In this document: in pieces, positions 12,942 through 25,474 of the stretch
Position numbering within the stretch: position 1 is the first letter of the stretch
Layout: each line of letters opens with the position of its first letter
Source of the DNA: Marsupella aquatica
Taxonomy: Eukaryota; Plantae; Marchantiophyta
Assembly: GCA_973895155.1 (NCBI GenBank)
Contig: OZ316891.1
Coordinates: forward strand, 12,894,771-12,958,770
DNA length: 64,000 bases
Reading direction: 5' to 3'
Position numbers and translations under genes: made by a program
Notes under the pieces: generated by a model
Databases searched by the model: none
What the model was told of the DNA's origin: nothing
Seen by the model: the letters and a program-made list of their open reading frames with translations, nothing else

Positions 12942-13055
12942 TGTGAGAGTATGAATGGAATGAATCATGTATAGTCTGTGGTGGTTGGTACATATAGTGG
13001 TGTCGGTCCGGTGACTGGTTGATCCGGTCGTCCGGTCACCAGGTAGAGTCTAACA
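12942..13055 (-). repeat. 5' LTR (114 bp) of the Bianca element
   Basis: Near-identical to 6615-6728 and followed on the minus strand by the PBS. Confidence 0.96.
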
Positions 13056-13329
13056 ATGCATTCCTTAGTGTTGAACAAAAAATTACAATTATGGTTTGTT
13101 GGAAAAATTGACCCGCTTTAGTCAAGCTATAAATTATCCTTGTTGTTTCATACAAAGCTACAAAATTACATCACACTTATCTCTTGTGTCTCATCTTTGT
13201 GAGACTGCCTACAACCCCAAGAGAAGTGGGTTGAGGTGGCTCTTCACCTCGTTCATCAATATCAGGACCGAGCCACTTTAACAATAGCATCAACATCAAG
13301 GCCAACCTAATACTTTCAAATTCACTCAA

Positions 13330-13800
13330 CACTTTGCTATGATATTCTGAAGCTCAGGTGTGAGTTGGTTTTCAGACCATACACCATTGACATTAAGAGA
13401 CAAACTAGTCCTTGTCAATTATTCAAGTGCATATGACATGCGATCAATAGAACTGTTCACCTCAATAGTCACTTGTCAATGTCACAATCCAATATTTGCC
13501 AAGATTTTTCATTTTCCTTAGAGTTGCCATGTGTCCCAATCCCCATTCACTTTCCAACAAGCAACATCTTTGTTTTCTTCTCTTCCCACCTTTGTCCAGA
13601 TGCCTTCTATCTTTGAAATTCACAGATGAATCAGACTTGAATCTACAAACATCCAAGAATAGTTGACTTTGGAAACTGTATGTGCATTGATGCTCAACAG
13701 CAAATTTACAATGTTGGGCTGGTTGGAAAGCACATATGACAATGCTTCTAGTGGTAAAGGGATTGGGAGTTCTAATCAAAATGAGAGATAAATCTTTCAC
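13330..13800 (-). pseudogene. Decayed pogo-like (Tc1/mariner superfamily, DDE_1-type) transposase C-terminus
   Basis: Mixed-frame translation gives DVCRFKSDS..WEEKKTKML..KMKNLGKYWIVTL..MSYALE*LTRTSLSLNVNGVWSENQLTPELQNIIAK. This resembles the recalled GKLKNPGK / SYARKAMIRCGLSL / W..QL..ELQ.II.K tail of DDE_1 transposases; not verified by search. Confidence 0.55.
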
Positions 13801-16800
13801 AAAGAGTAACAGGCCAAAACACAAGGAAAGAGTCGCAGAACTCGACTACCTTAGCACTTAGCTCCGGCATCGCTAACTCCGACACCCAGCTCCTCTATGG
13901 TCCAAGCCTCCAAAACGGCCATCCAGTGGAGACTAAGTATGGGGAGACTAGTGGGCAACGAGACATTGCATTAACATGAGCAAGGCGCTAAGCTAGTAAC
14001 GCACACTAAGGACTTAGACTAGCATGGAGCTGATTGGGTCATGGAAAGGGTCGGGCTCAAGGTGGACCATCCAAACCCCTGGACGGACTTTGGGTTATGA
14101 GGGCTTGAGTGGGAGTTCCTCTTGAATTGGGCCCAAGGCTAACAAAATTTATTTCATGCGCAACGACCATTTGGCGCATGAGATACGGCGCGTCCGGGAC
14201 CCTTGACTAACGACGGGCTCTGAGGGCCTAGGCATGAGCACTGGGTTGGCCCAATCACAATGGGTTAAGGTACTCCGCTTACAGACATCTAGCTAGAAAG
14301 CTATGGGCATAACAAGTTAGTTGTTTGCCCATGCGTGTGGGGTGGAGTCCAGGTTGAGAGCCAAATATAGGGGATGAAAGTCGGTCCAGGTGGGGCAGGT
14401 CTCCAAAAGTATATATGAAGGGAGTAGTGTCTCCCCCAAGGGCCAAGGGCGAGCCCAAGTCGTGAGTCACGGTGGTTGCGACACTAAGAGGAAACATCAA
14501 ATGGAAATGACAATAACTTTGCAACGGAAAGTTTGTTGGAGAACTTCTTGGATGCGTTGGAAAGATCTTGAGGAGTACTACATCCTCCTGAGCTCAACTG
14601 GGTCTGGGGATGCCATCTCGCCCATCTCGACCACTTGCCAAATCTTGTCAAAATAGTAGCCAAATCGCATTCAGTTTCCATGGGAGCTTGAGTTGGGGAG
14701 ACAAAGCAAAGTAGTCATGGAGGTTGAGTTCCAAGTGCACTTGGCCCTTGACTCTAAGTTGAGCAAGAACCTTGGAGTTGGTGCTAGGGTCGGGGCCAAT
14801 CTGGTCATTGCTTTGTAGGACAAGCTTGGGACAAGCTAGCTATTTGGGCCATGAGCATATCCTGGGGGTAGGGCGGTCAGCCAGTGACGAATAGGAAGTG
14901 GGGAAGCACAGGCGGCACCCAAAGAGGGGTTGGTCTAGATAAAAAGTGGGTCATCACTGGAGGTGCAAGACATACCAAGTTGCTTTCTCAAGAAGTTTTG
15001 TGTAAGCATTTGGGCACCAAAGGCACTTAGGCGAGGGATTGGTGAGAGCATTGGGTGGCAAGGTCCACCACTGAAAGCCTTACAGCGGAGATACAAACAA
15101 ACACGTATGGCTGCTGGTATGCATGCTTCACATTGGAGTGGGATTGGTTTAGGGTTACCACCCAAGTGACCACCAAAAACATTCTTGCCTCTAAGTATCA
15201 AGTTTTTCACTATATTAGTTATATATTTTTTCAGTTGGGGGTGACAGCAAATAACTGTGTCACTTGTATAAAATTATAGGCCTACCCCTAATTATTGTGT
15301 GTGACATTAATTGTTAGTGACATTAATTTTTTAATGACTAAATATTGTACAGAGTGTACTTAAATTTAAAAATGAAAAAGTGACAAAGAATGTATTCAGA
15401 TAAAAAAATTAATGACCATCTAGTAAATCTTGCGACCTCCTTTAAATGTCATTTAATTAGAGCCATTATTATTCACCCCTTTCCCTATACCCCACCCTCT
15501 TATGCCAATCCCCTGAGGTTTTGGGAACTAATCTGGATTGTGGACCATGGAAATAAAAGAGGGTAACCGCCTCTCAAGTGTAGCCTTTGCAGAAGTGGTA
15601 CACTTTGGTTTGTTTTCTGTTTACCGGATTTTCCACCCCATACCCCTGTTCTTGCAAAGGGGGTGAAACTGCCAATTAAAGTATACCACTCGAGAAGTGG
15701 TTCACTTAGGATGCACTGCCCCCCTTTGCAAGAACCCCAACAAGAATAGGGGTATGGGTCATAATGGGGGCAAATGAAAAGATGCCCTTCAAACACAGCA
15801 CGGAGAGGGCTGGCGGTTCACAAGGGGTGAATGGAAAAAGGCTCCAAGTGACACACCATCCAACCTTACTTGGCCCCGCACTACAAAAGCCAAGAGCCAA
15901 ATGATACAATAATTTTATGTGGTTGTACAATTTGGCTAAGTTTAATATTGATTTGGGAAGTGATTTGGGAAAGTGTTATTGGACTTCATCTCACTTAATG
16001 ACATAGATTGACATGTTTTGGAAGTGGAATTTTGTGACAGACAATGTAAGAGTGCCAATGGCAAAGATCTCTGCTAGTGATTGCATACCTATGCGATTGA
16101 TGCTCCTCCACTTGTGATGTGTGGGTTGAGGGTTAAGGTGGGGAATGTGTGTGTGGAAATAGGGAAGGTGTACATGTTGGAATTTTGAGCTGGGAAACCA
16201 ACACAAACCAAAACCAGGTTAATGACTGTACTCCAACATCTCACCCAAATGTGGAGTCAGAGTTTCTCTGCCCATCCAACCTTGAGAAAAACCATTAATC
16301 CACCTGAATAGGTAGCTTATGCTTTGGCAACCATTTTGATAGAATTGGCAGTGTTTGGTTGACAGGTTCAAAATGTTCAGCATGCAGTCCTTCGGGGTTA
16401 TCCTCAGTTTTTGAGCTTCCACTGGGTTCTTATGTCCACACAAGGTCTTCGGGTGCTAGGTTCATCAGCAGATATTTATACCTTTTGCTTTTTTGTAGTG
16501 GATGCTCTTCAAGAGGCTTTAATTAGCCCTTGAATTAGCCTTAGCTCTTTGCTACCTAATTTGGTTGACATGCAGGTCACATTTAAGATATTTTTGAGAT
16601 GTCTCGACACTAGAGCATCTTACTTGGCCAGAATATACCCACCTATAGAGGAGCTTTGTATATTACAAAGAGTCTGATCTCTCAACATTTGAGATGGCTC
16701 CACCCTAGAGCATCTTACTTGGCCATCTATAGAGGAGTTTTGTGAACTTTTATGGCCGTTCCCTTAACTCAGTCCTTGTGCCCAACTCGTGACCCGTTAT

Positions 16801-18460
16801 GGCGGTGCTTGAGACACCCTAATGGACATCAAGTTAGCAATGCATGAACTCTGACTATGTGTTCCCAGCAGTTGCCCCTCTTAGCCAAAACAGTTAGGGT
16901 TCATCAAAACCCTTGAGAAAATAATCAAAACTTGTGCTCATACAAAGAGGAGCAAGCTGTAGCAAAGGACCATTTTGCAAAGGACCATTTTAAAGGCATT
17001 CAATTGCAAAACCCTCAACTCAATAACTTTCCCACATTTTAAATAGCAAAATCCCATGTCAGTCTTATGATGATGATGTTTGAACCCTTATGCTTGCACC
17101 ATCTTTCAAGAGTGGGTCAAGTCCAACACCCTCCTGTGAGCCATACTTGCTTTAAGGGAATTTATGATCTTTCAATCTGATACCATGGACCGGCTAGGAA
17201 TTTGAATCTAGGCACTCGAGTGTACATCCCTAACAGGAATTGAATCTAAGCCCCTTGGGCCTCACTTTGTGTAAAAGAAGTGGACCCCTTGTGATCATGA
17301 CCTCTTTCTATTTACAGCTTGTTATTTCTATTTTACTATAAAAAGCTCTCTTGTTACTGGTAATAATTCTGATTATTAGTTTAAAATGAATAAAAATTAT
17401 CCTTCAAGTTTTAGCATGTGCTCTGCATATTAGTTAGTGTACATGGTAGTGCTCTATCACTAAGCTAGAGGCCCTAAACCCTTCATGCCTACACAACTCT
17501 GGTTCAAGTGTGTTCATTTCCAACAGATCTATGTTCGAAGACTTCCTGGGTTTTGAGTGTTTGACCTCTACCTTTGCATATTGCACCAGTGCCCTTGGAT
17601 CATGTCATACACTCGAGCAACGGTGCAAGGTCCAGAGGCAAAAAATAGCTCTAAACAATGGAGATAGCGGGCTGCATTGAGTGACTGACGCTCCCTTAGT
17701 GTATCAGAAATAACTCTCAAATGGTTGCTATACTCAATTGCTCAAGAATCATAAGGCCGCTTGAAGATTTCCCAATGTATCTGGAATGTAGAATTTAAAT
17801 TGCTCCAATTGCACTTTTTAATATGGATGGTGTCCTGCGGAGCTTTAAAAGACTAGCAAATTGTTGTTCAAAATCTTGGACAGACTCTCAACTTTGGATA
17901 TATATCAATGTACAATGAGTAATATTCCATTCCCATTAACAGCTAGCGGAATTATGAGATTCTGACCAAAGGACTTCGACCTTGACTTCCCCAAGCAAAG
18001 CTAAAAGTCAGAGCACGGAGGGTCACCCCGGCAGACGAACTCTCCTCCAAGAGGCCGGAGCCCTCATTAATACTCCCCGCATTCGAGGGCAGCAAGCCTG
18101 AACCCCCCTCTGGTAATCACACATCAAAATGTGGTAGTATAGGTGTGCACTCATTGATTTAAAGAAAATAATGAGGTTTATCATGGTATGAAGTTTTGTA
18201 GTACCCCCCCCCCCCCCCCTGTATTATGTCATATTTTGATTTCATTTGATTTGATGTGCAATTACAATGACCCCCCAAACCCTCCCCTTGCGATGCGCCC
18301 TCCACTTCGTATAGGGTAATGATGGTTTGGTCTGGGGTTACTAGCCGATAACCCTATGACCAGAAAGTGAATAAATGTTCCAGGAAGTGAATAAATGTGT
18401 AGCCAAAAAACTTTTCTGAGCTTTGTGGGAACAAGTTTCAGACTTAAACCCCAACCCAAA

Positions 18461-19033
18461 GAGTTGTTATCGTAAGTAAAACTTGAGTTGTTATCATAAG
18501 TAAAACTTGTACCCAAACAAGATTACCAGGTAGGACTTTCCTGCACTTGATTAAGTATGGGATCAAGGAAGTAAGGTCGCCTTTATGAGGTAGGGTGACG
18601 ATATGCTCGTAAAGAAATACAGACATATTTGATAGTACTTTCAAGTTATGTGTCTAGTTATGATTTGCTCACAATGACTCTGTCAGGATTTTCAAAGTGT
18701 TTCCAACCTTCAGCTTGCACATAGACACAAGGTCTTCTAATGAGACATTAAAGGACAGAAAGTCTTGTAATGAGGCATTAAAGGACAGAAGGTCTTGTAA
18801 TGAGGCATTAAAAGTTAAGGTGGAGTCCTGTCAATGGACAAGGACCATTATTATTCAACACATGACCTTAGAAGGAAATGCTAGCACCTAGTAGAGAAGG
18901 TTACAACTCGTAACCTTTCTTCGTAACCTTTCTTCGTAACCTTTCTTCATGACAGGAATACGTTCATGACAGAAATTATTACGAGTTTTCATGACAGGAA
19001 TTACGAGTTTTCCCTCCGATTCGAGAAACCCTA
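18461..19033. repeat. Cluster of short tandem repeats upstream of the KH gene, ending in a telo-box
   Basis: 24 bp x2 (18461-18509), 30 bp x~2.8 (18729-18812), ~14 bp TCGTAACCTTTCT x3 (18909-18948), TCATGACAG x3 (18947-19010), and AAACCCTA at 19026-19033. Confidence 0.8.
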
Positions 19034-19543
19034 TATCAACCGAACACTCTGAAAGCCCACTCTGAAAGCCGGCTGACAGGTCTGGAGAGAGAGACTCCTT
19101 CCTTGTCGCGCCGAGGCAAGCAACGAGCCAAACGCACGGCGGCCGTGTTCACAGTCATCCGCTTCTTTGCGCCATCCTGTGCCCTGTCCTCGCGGAGGAG
19201 CAGGACATCGGTGCCCAGAGCCCGAGGACGAGGAAGAGGAAGAGGGGGGGTGTGGGTGGTCATCACTCTCTAGCCTACTGATAATCCAAATCGAGGTCTT
19301 GATTTTTAACTTTTGCCTCCTGGCTAGATCCGACCGATTCGTTCTGCAAGGCCTAGTTTGTACTCATCTGAGAGATATAAGCTAAGCTTCAAATTTCTTT
19401 GCATCTGACTGTCACTGGTTTTCAGCACGACCTGAAGAAGTCCAAAGTTGTAGCAAATAGAGGCTTCTTTGTCAATACGTTTTCTCATTTACACATGATT
19501 GCATCATCCAAATGTGGCATATTATTTTAGGATTGAATTCCAA

Positions 19544-22541
19544 ATGGCAACCGAGGCAGTAGCGGCAGTTCTTCCTGAACAAGAACCTCCGGCTGCAATA
19601 CGGTCGGTACCAGAACATCGTCCTCCACCTCCGACTCCGCAGCAAAAGAGGGGGCGAGAGGAAGAGGCAGGTGGAGACAAGAAGTGGGCTGGATGGCCGG
19701 GGGACAACGTCTTCCGGCTAGTCGTCCCAGTTCAGAAAGTTGGCGGTATCATTGGACGCAAAGGTGAATTTGTGAAGAAAATGTGCGAGGAGACACGTGC
19801 ACGAATTAAGATTCTTGAAGGTGTCCCTGGAACTTCAGAACGCATCGTATGCCTCTTAACTTGGGTTTCTTGATAGTGAGAGACTTATTTTGAGAGTGTA
19901 GAGAGAGTAGTACTGGTTCATTGCGAAGTTGAATTTATTGACCTTCTACGTTGCACCAGGATGTTATTTGTTCAATGTTCCATTTTTGGGACGAGATGGA
20001 TGAAGAATTGATGAAGTGGATATGGGATTGCAATTTAGGTGCTCGTTTCGGCCAGGGAAGATCCTGATTTGGCTATTTCACCCGCCATGGATGGTTTACT
20101 CCGTGTCCACCGACGCGTAGTCGAAGGATCTGATCCAGACGGGGAAGATGGACATACTGAGCCCCGAGCCGGTGGTGGTACAGTTTCTTCACGTTTACTA
20201 GTAGCAGCCACACAAGCTGGCAGTCTTATTGGGCGACAGGGAGCCACGATCAAGTCCATTCAGGATGCCTCCGGTGCAACTGTGCGAGTTCTCCCTCCAG
20301 GTAAGGAAGGTATCGGACTTTTGAATCCTTTCTGAATGTCTCATTTGGTGCTTGTAAGGCAGTTACATACTGATAGAAATAAACTCTTCTTATTCCGGAT
20401 TGCCACACTGGAATTGGCTTTACACTCCACACGAGCCCAGGCAATGGTATGCAAGGTCTCTCTTCGAAGTTAAATTTTAACAAACCATATCCCAAATTCA
20501 CAGCCATACTGGAGAGATTGCATACCTGTCAAGTTTTCCTTTAGAAGCCGTGGACCACTGCTGTTATATTTCAGGAAAGCGTGGGACGAGCTCAAGATGT
20601 TTTCACCCTTGAATATAACGTCAAACTGCATTGAAATCAGAGCTTCCTTTTTAATGCATTTTTTCCGTTGTTGCTGATGATTTTTTGTAATTCTGCTTAC
20701 CTACTGGACTAGCTTTAGGTACCACTGACCAGACAGTTGAAAGAAGTGATGTGTCATAGATTGGCACAAGTTTGTTGTATGGGTGGAGAGAGCTTCAATG
20801 CGGATAGCGTGATTGTAGATTTTAAGGTTTTTCTGTTCGATTGTGTTCATCGTTGTTTGCAGAGGAGCTCCCATTGTGTGCACTATCTGACGACAGGGTG
20901 GTAGAGATTCAAGGAGAGGCTCGAAATGTCCACAGAGCAATGGAATTGGTGGTGTCCCATTTGCGGAAGTTTTTGGTCGATCGAAGTGTCCTTTCACTAT
21001 TTGAACTCAATGTACGCGCCAAATGTTCAGCTCTTGCTTTTACCGTCACATGCACATTATGCGTGCGTGAGTGTGTTTTGTCTTGATTTGGCCTGATTTT
21101 GGTAGTATCGTGCATGATCTTGGTGCATCACCCCCCGAACTGAATTTTTTATTTTGGACTATGAACAGCAGCGTGCAGTGACAGCCAGTCAATCTCAACA
21201 GCAGCCAAGTCAACAACAGTCTTGGCCGGGACACTCGACATCTAATTCTTTGTCCAACAGTGGAGGCGGGCCTGGGGGTTTAAGCAACAACTCACACTAT
21301 GGAGGTGCTGCAGCACCCAATGATAACCTCAACTATTATCAAAGTGCCCCAGAGATTATCCACCACGATTCTCATCATCATCACCATGGTGTTACCATGT
21401 ATGGTCGAGATCCTGGTGTCGGAGCACCTCCAAACTCAGTGGCTGCTCCCCCGCCCGCTCCAGTCATTACCCAGGTGACAAGTCATCTCATTTATAATAT
21501 TCGTACCTTGTCGAGCTAGTATTGATGGTGAAATATTCTCTTAGGATTTACGGGTTGCATCTTTGTAATTGTCGGTAAAAGACATCTTGGACGACATATG
21601 AGATTGAGGCTTCAGCGACGCTTAACAGAGCTAAGAGTTAATTTTTGCAGATGACACAACACATGCAAATTCCACTGTCATATGCTGATGCTATTATTGG
21701 CACGGCTGGCGCCAACATAAGTTACATGCGGAGGACAAGTGGAGCTACTATAACTATTCAGGAGACTCGTGGTGTCCCTGGAGAGATGACAGTGGAAATT
21801 CACGGTAGTGCCGCTCAAGTGCAGACTGCTCAGCAACTGATTCAGGTACCCAATTGCACGTCTTATGTTTGTATTAATAGTTCAGATATTTGCTTGTAAC
21901 GATGAGTATAGGAAATCACTTTGAGGAAGTAAAAGGTCCACAAGTTATTCGAATAGGTAACTATATAATGAAATGCGGCAACAAGTGCCAGGTATGACGC
22001 AATTTAGTTACCTATTCCAATAACTTGTGGACCTTTTACTTCATCAAAGTGATTTCCAGCCGATGACAAATTAAATAGAAAGTGCAAAGGCTTGTCGACG
22101 GGCTCGCCAGAAGCTATGTCCTGTGTGAAATCAGTGTATTTACGGCACTTCAGCTAGATTTTGTACTCAAGGGGGACGAATCTCTTCTGGAGAGCCGCGT
22201 TCCATTCTTCCAATTTGTCATGGTCAATTTCTTCATTCCACTTTTCTATGCCTTACACCGTAGACTCGACATGTCCCAGAGTCAATGCTGTTTTGTGGAG
22301 GTGACATTACATCTGCGCAGGAAACCAGCTCATCTATTCCTGAATGTCTTGAATTTTACAGAATTTCATGGCTGGAGCAACGGGAGCACCACCAGCTCCT
22401 CCCTCTTACAACGCAGTAGATCCAAATCCATACCCAAATTATGCGAACCAAAATTCCATGTACACCACGGCAACAACCAATACGGGACTTACGACGCCAG
22501 CGCAATATCCATCGCATTACAACAGCAGTTATGGTTATTGA
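19544..22541 (+). CDS. FLK: FLK/PEPPER-like triple KH-domain RNA-binding protein; exons 19544-19846, 20039-20300, 20863-21011, 21169(or 21172)-21474, 21651-21845, 22362-22541
   Basis: KH1 [28 protein letters not shown]; KH2 [24 protein letters not shown]; [12 protein letters not shown]; KH3 [41 protein letters not shown]; ends SSYGY*. GT-AG introns are in phase. FLK versus PEPPER orthology is not resolved. Confidence 0.92.
21911..22057. repeat. Near-perfect foldback (53-bp arms, 41-nt loop) in the last coding intron of the KH gene
   Basis: 21911-21963 is the reverse complement of 22005-22057 with 2 mismatches. Confidence 0.92.
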
Positions 22542-25474
22542 TCAATTTCAAAATCTGTGATTAGGAATTAGGATGTTCATTGTGTCCTTTTAGCATACTT
22601 ACCCTCAAAGGGTCCTTCTTGTAGATGAGGTAGTCTTTAGAGAGGTCCGACAAACCCTAGAATTGCAGGGCGCCCTGTGTTTCAAAGCTGCGGAAAATAG
22701 TTTCAGCTGGTCCAGGGTCTGAGGTTTTTTTTACAGCTGCATAATGCGACCTTTTTGTATCTGTACTGGAGTTCTGACAAGGACCCAAAGGTTTTCGACA
22801 GCTGTCGGCCTTCCCATTCTTTCTCAAGTGTCTCATTGAAAGATTTTGTCTTGACTTCGATTTTGCCAACACAAGAAACGCGTCGTAATGCTGCCCGAGG
22901 CAATTGATGAACTAGTCGTCGTCTTTTCAGGATGAAGAGTCTCTTAGATTTGTTGCTGATGACAATGCATGTTTTCCTTTTGCTGGCATGTCTGGTGTGC
23001 ATTTTTCTGGCTGTTGTATAACACGTGACAGCACAGACAGAATCTAAATGCCTCGTTCTTGAATAGCAATGTGTCGTTCTGAAGGCGCACAGTTTTGATC
23101 TCAGCTTTGCAACAGCATTTCCTCTTCGAGTCGAACTGTTATGAAGTTTGAACACAACCTTGATGGACTTCACAATGGATTAATCATGGCTTCCTAATTA
23201 ATCTTCTTTGCAAACCAATTGTAAGGTTTAACCAGTGATGCCTCAGTGATGCCATCCGCAACATTGATGGTGCTAAACGGCTGCAATTCATGTTGAGTCA
23301 CTCGAAACTAACATCTCATACTAGACATTTTTGGGAGGATCAATAATCCTGAGTAACCAACAGTGACCGAAGTCACCTTCAGTGCACTAGACACAATTTG
23401 CCTGTCAAATTTGTTTGTAGGTCTCTTCCGCTCTCAACATATAGCACAGATTCAAGAGACCGCTCTTCGAGGACACATCGCGGAGGCTTGAGGTAATGTT
23501 CTTCAAGATCATCTCGTACAGTAACTGAGTCACTGGTTGGATTCATTACAAACTCCTATCCATGCAACAGAAGGAAAGCAATGCTTCCTTTCATAGACCA
23601 CCATAACCTGTAAGTAATGATTGATCATTTCTTTTTGGTAAAGATCACAAATTAGAGGCAAGACAAGCCTCTTCTGTGTCAGTGAATGAACATACGAGTG
23701 GTGAGAAAATTGGGAGAAGACTCCTAACAAACTGATTGGTGGTCCCAAAATCCATAAATATATGTGCCACAGGGATGTCATTGATCTACTCAATTTCCCT
23801 ATCAACTCTGCCACAAATGTAAGCGTACAATCTAAAACCGATGTGAGCCCTGCACTAACGTTGCCAAAACCAAAAGTTCCCCCCGGAACCTCAGTCCTAC
23901 TCCGACTGATGGATATTCATAGAAAAATTTGTCCCTAGATATCACCCTTTACTACAGGGACACTGTCCCGCAAGTTTGTCCAAACATCTAAATTACAATT
24001 TATGCCATCCTGCTTTTCAAGCAATTCAGCTGACGTGTATAGGCAAGCACAAACTTGCAGTTGGCACAGAATCTCCTAGATTTACCTAGAAAGGACTGGC
24101 TCCATCTGTCCTTGCCTTCCATTACAGTGTCCTTTGGAATCAAGCTGTAGAATTATGATCGCTACTGATAGATCAGAATCTATTCGAGGACAGTTGCATC
24201 TTGCAGGGGACTCACAGATGAATTGATAATTAAAACAACTAGCCCTAACTACCCGTTCTTTGAATGTGAATAGCGGAGAGGACAATAAAAGAATTATCAA
24301 AATATATTTTCTATTCATATTCTTTGAAGATTAATGAAATGATAAAAAAAACTCATCATTTTAATAATTATATATAATATATCATTCTCCGTGATATGCA
24401 CAGGCTTTTTGTATACACATCCATGTTCTCTGTACATATGTTATGGTGAGACCATACTACCTATATTTTTTGATTATAAATATTTAAAATTATCATATAA
24501 AACTGGCATGTACATAGTCATAAGTTTTTCCATGCACATGATGACCATAGAGTTACGGTCTAGAGTCTTCACTCTAGACCCTAGGTTGTGAAAAGTAGGC
24601 TGGGGTTCGCACTTTATTAGTGAGATACCAATTATTATTTTTGCAGTTCCGGCATTGTGCTGTATAATGCCCACAACCCAATGAGCCCATACAACAGCAC
24701 ACACTGGACAAATCATACAAAACTCCTCCTCGCCGAACCTTTCTTGCCCTGGCTCTGTTCATCAGTTAACGAAATGAAGAGATTAGTGGCTCTATTCCCT
24801 CTTCACACGAGTTAAACTGCCACGTGCTAATATATCAAGGTCTTTGAAAATGTTTTGAGAACTGAACCAAAAACGAAACTATTTCAGCAAAGAAACGTGA
24901 AAGCCAACAGACAAGACGAAGTTCCCTCTTACGAAAGGAAATCTGTGAAGTCAAGTCCCTGGAGAGGATAGTACACTGGAGTGTCGTCCTTTTGATATGA
25001 AAACCATTCTGATTTGTAGAATCGGTGCAACACAGTGGAAAATATACTTATGAGGAATCTCCAGAGGATGCGAAAAAGAAGAGTGTATGACTCCTTTCAT
25101 GCAATCTTTCGAAGGGTCTCCATGGCAGTGCACGGAACTCAAGTCTGGCTCTACAACATCGGCAAATTGGGAGGGACATGGTTTCATGGAAATGCTCTAG
25201 AAGGACGATCACACTTGTAAGGCTTTTCAAAAATTTTTGAAGGTTCTACACACCCTAAGTAAAATTGAACACAGACATGTGCTACATTTCCTTAAGATTC
25301 CTAACAGGGTAGACTGATTAACAAAACTCAATCTGTGGCGGATACTCCCGAAGCTGAACAGCGTCTTCTGTGATGATTATTAGACAATGTCGCTAATTGC
25401 TTTGCAAACCCAGATTACATTATTCTGTAACGCATCCATAAAATTCAGTCAAGCAAATAGCTGCTTCTTGGTTG

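Larger units (their letters stand above)
6615..13055 (-). mobile_element. Full-length Ty1/copia LTR retrotransposon, Bianca lineage
   Basis: Two 114-bp TG..CA LTRs (6615-6728, 12942-13055) differing at 1 base. 5-bp TSD ATGCA at 6610-6614 and 13056-13060. PBS CGTTATCAGCACGA; polypurine tract TCCAAAGGGGAG (minus, 6729-6740). Domain order gag-PR-INT-RT-RH. Bianca-type motifs MANLEKLTFPALEIDGGNYLEW and TKMGPQR.LGIYIGFDSPSIIRY. Confidence 0.96.

Noticed and set aside
13830-17700. GC-shifted decayed sequence with many short ORFs and a ~45-bp repeat at 16610-16740
   Set aside because: Probably old TE debris, but I could not recognise any domain or termini.
18729-18812. 30-bp repeats resembling a CRISPR array
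   Set aside because: Head-to-tail with no unique spacers, no cas genes, and the DNA is eukaryotic. The same applies to 44264-44370 and 50840-51330.
22082-22564. 160-aa ORF, and possible H/ACA or C/D snoRNA in the last KH intron
   Set aside because: The ORF spans the intron and the wrong frame of exon 6. I could not establish paired boxes or an rRNA guide for a snoRNA.
22703-23173. 156-aa minus-strand ORF
   Set aside because: Antisense to the KH 3' UTR region, non-ATG start, no motifs.
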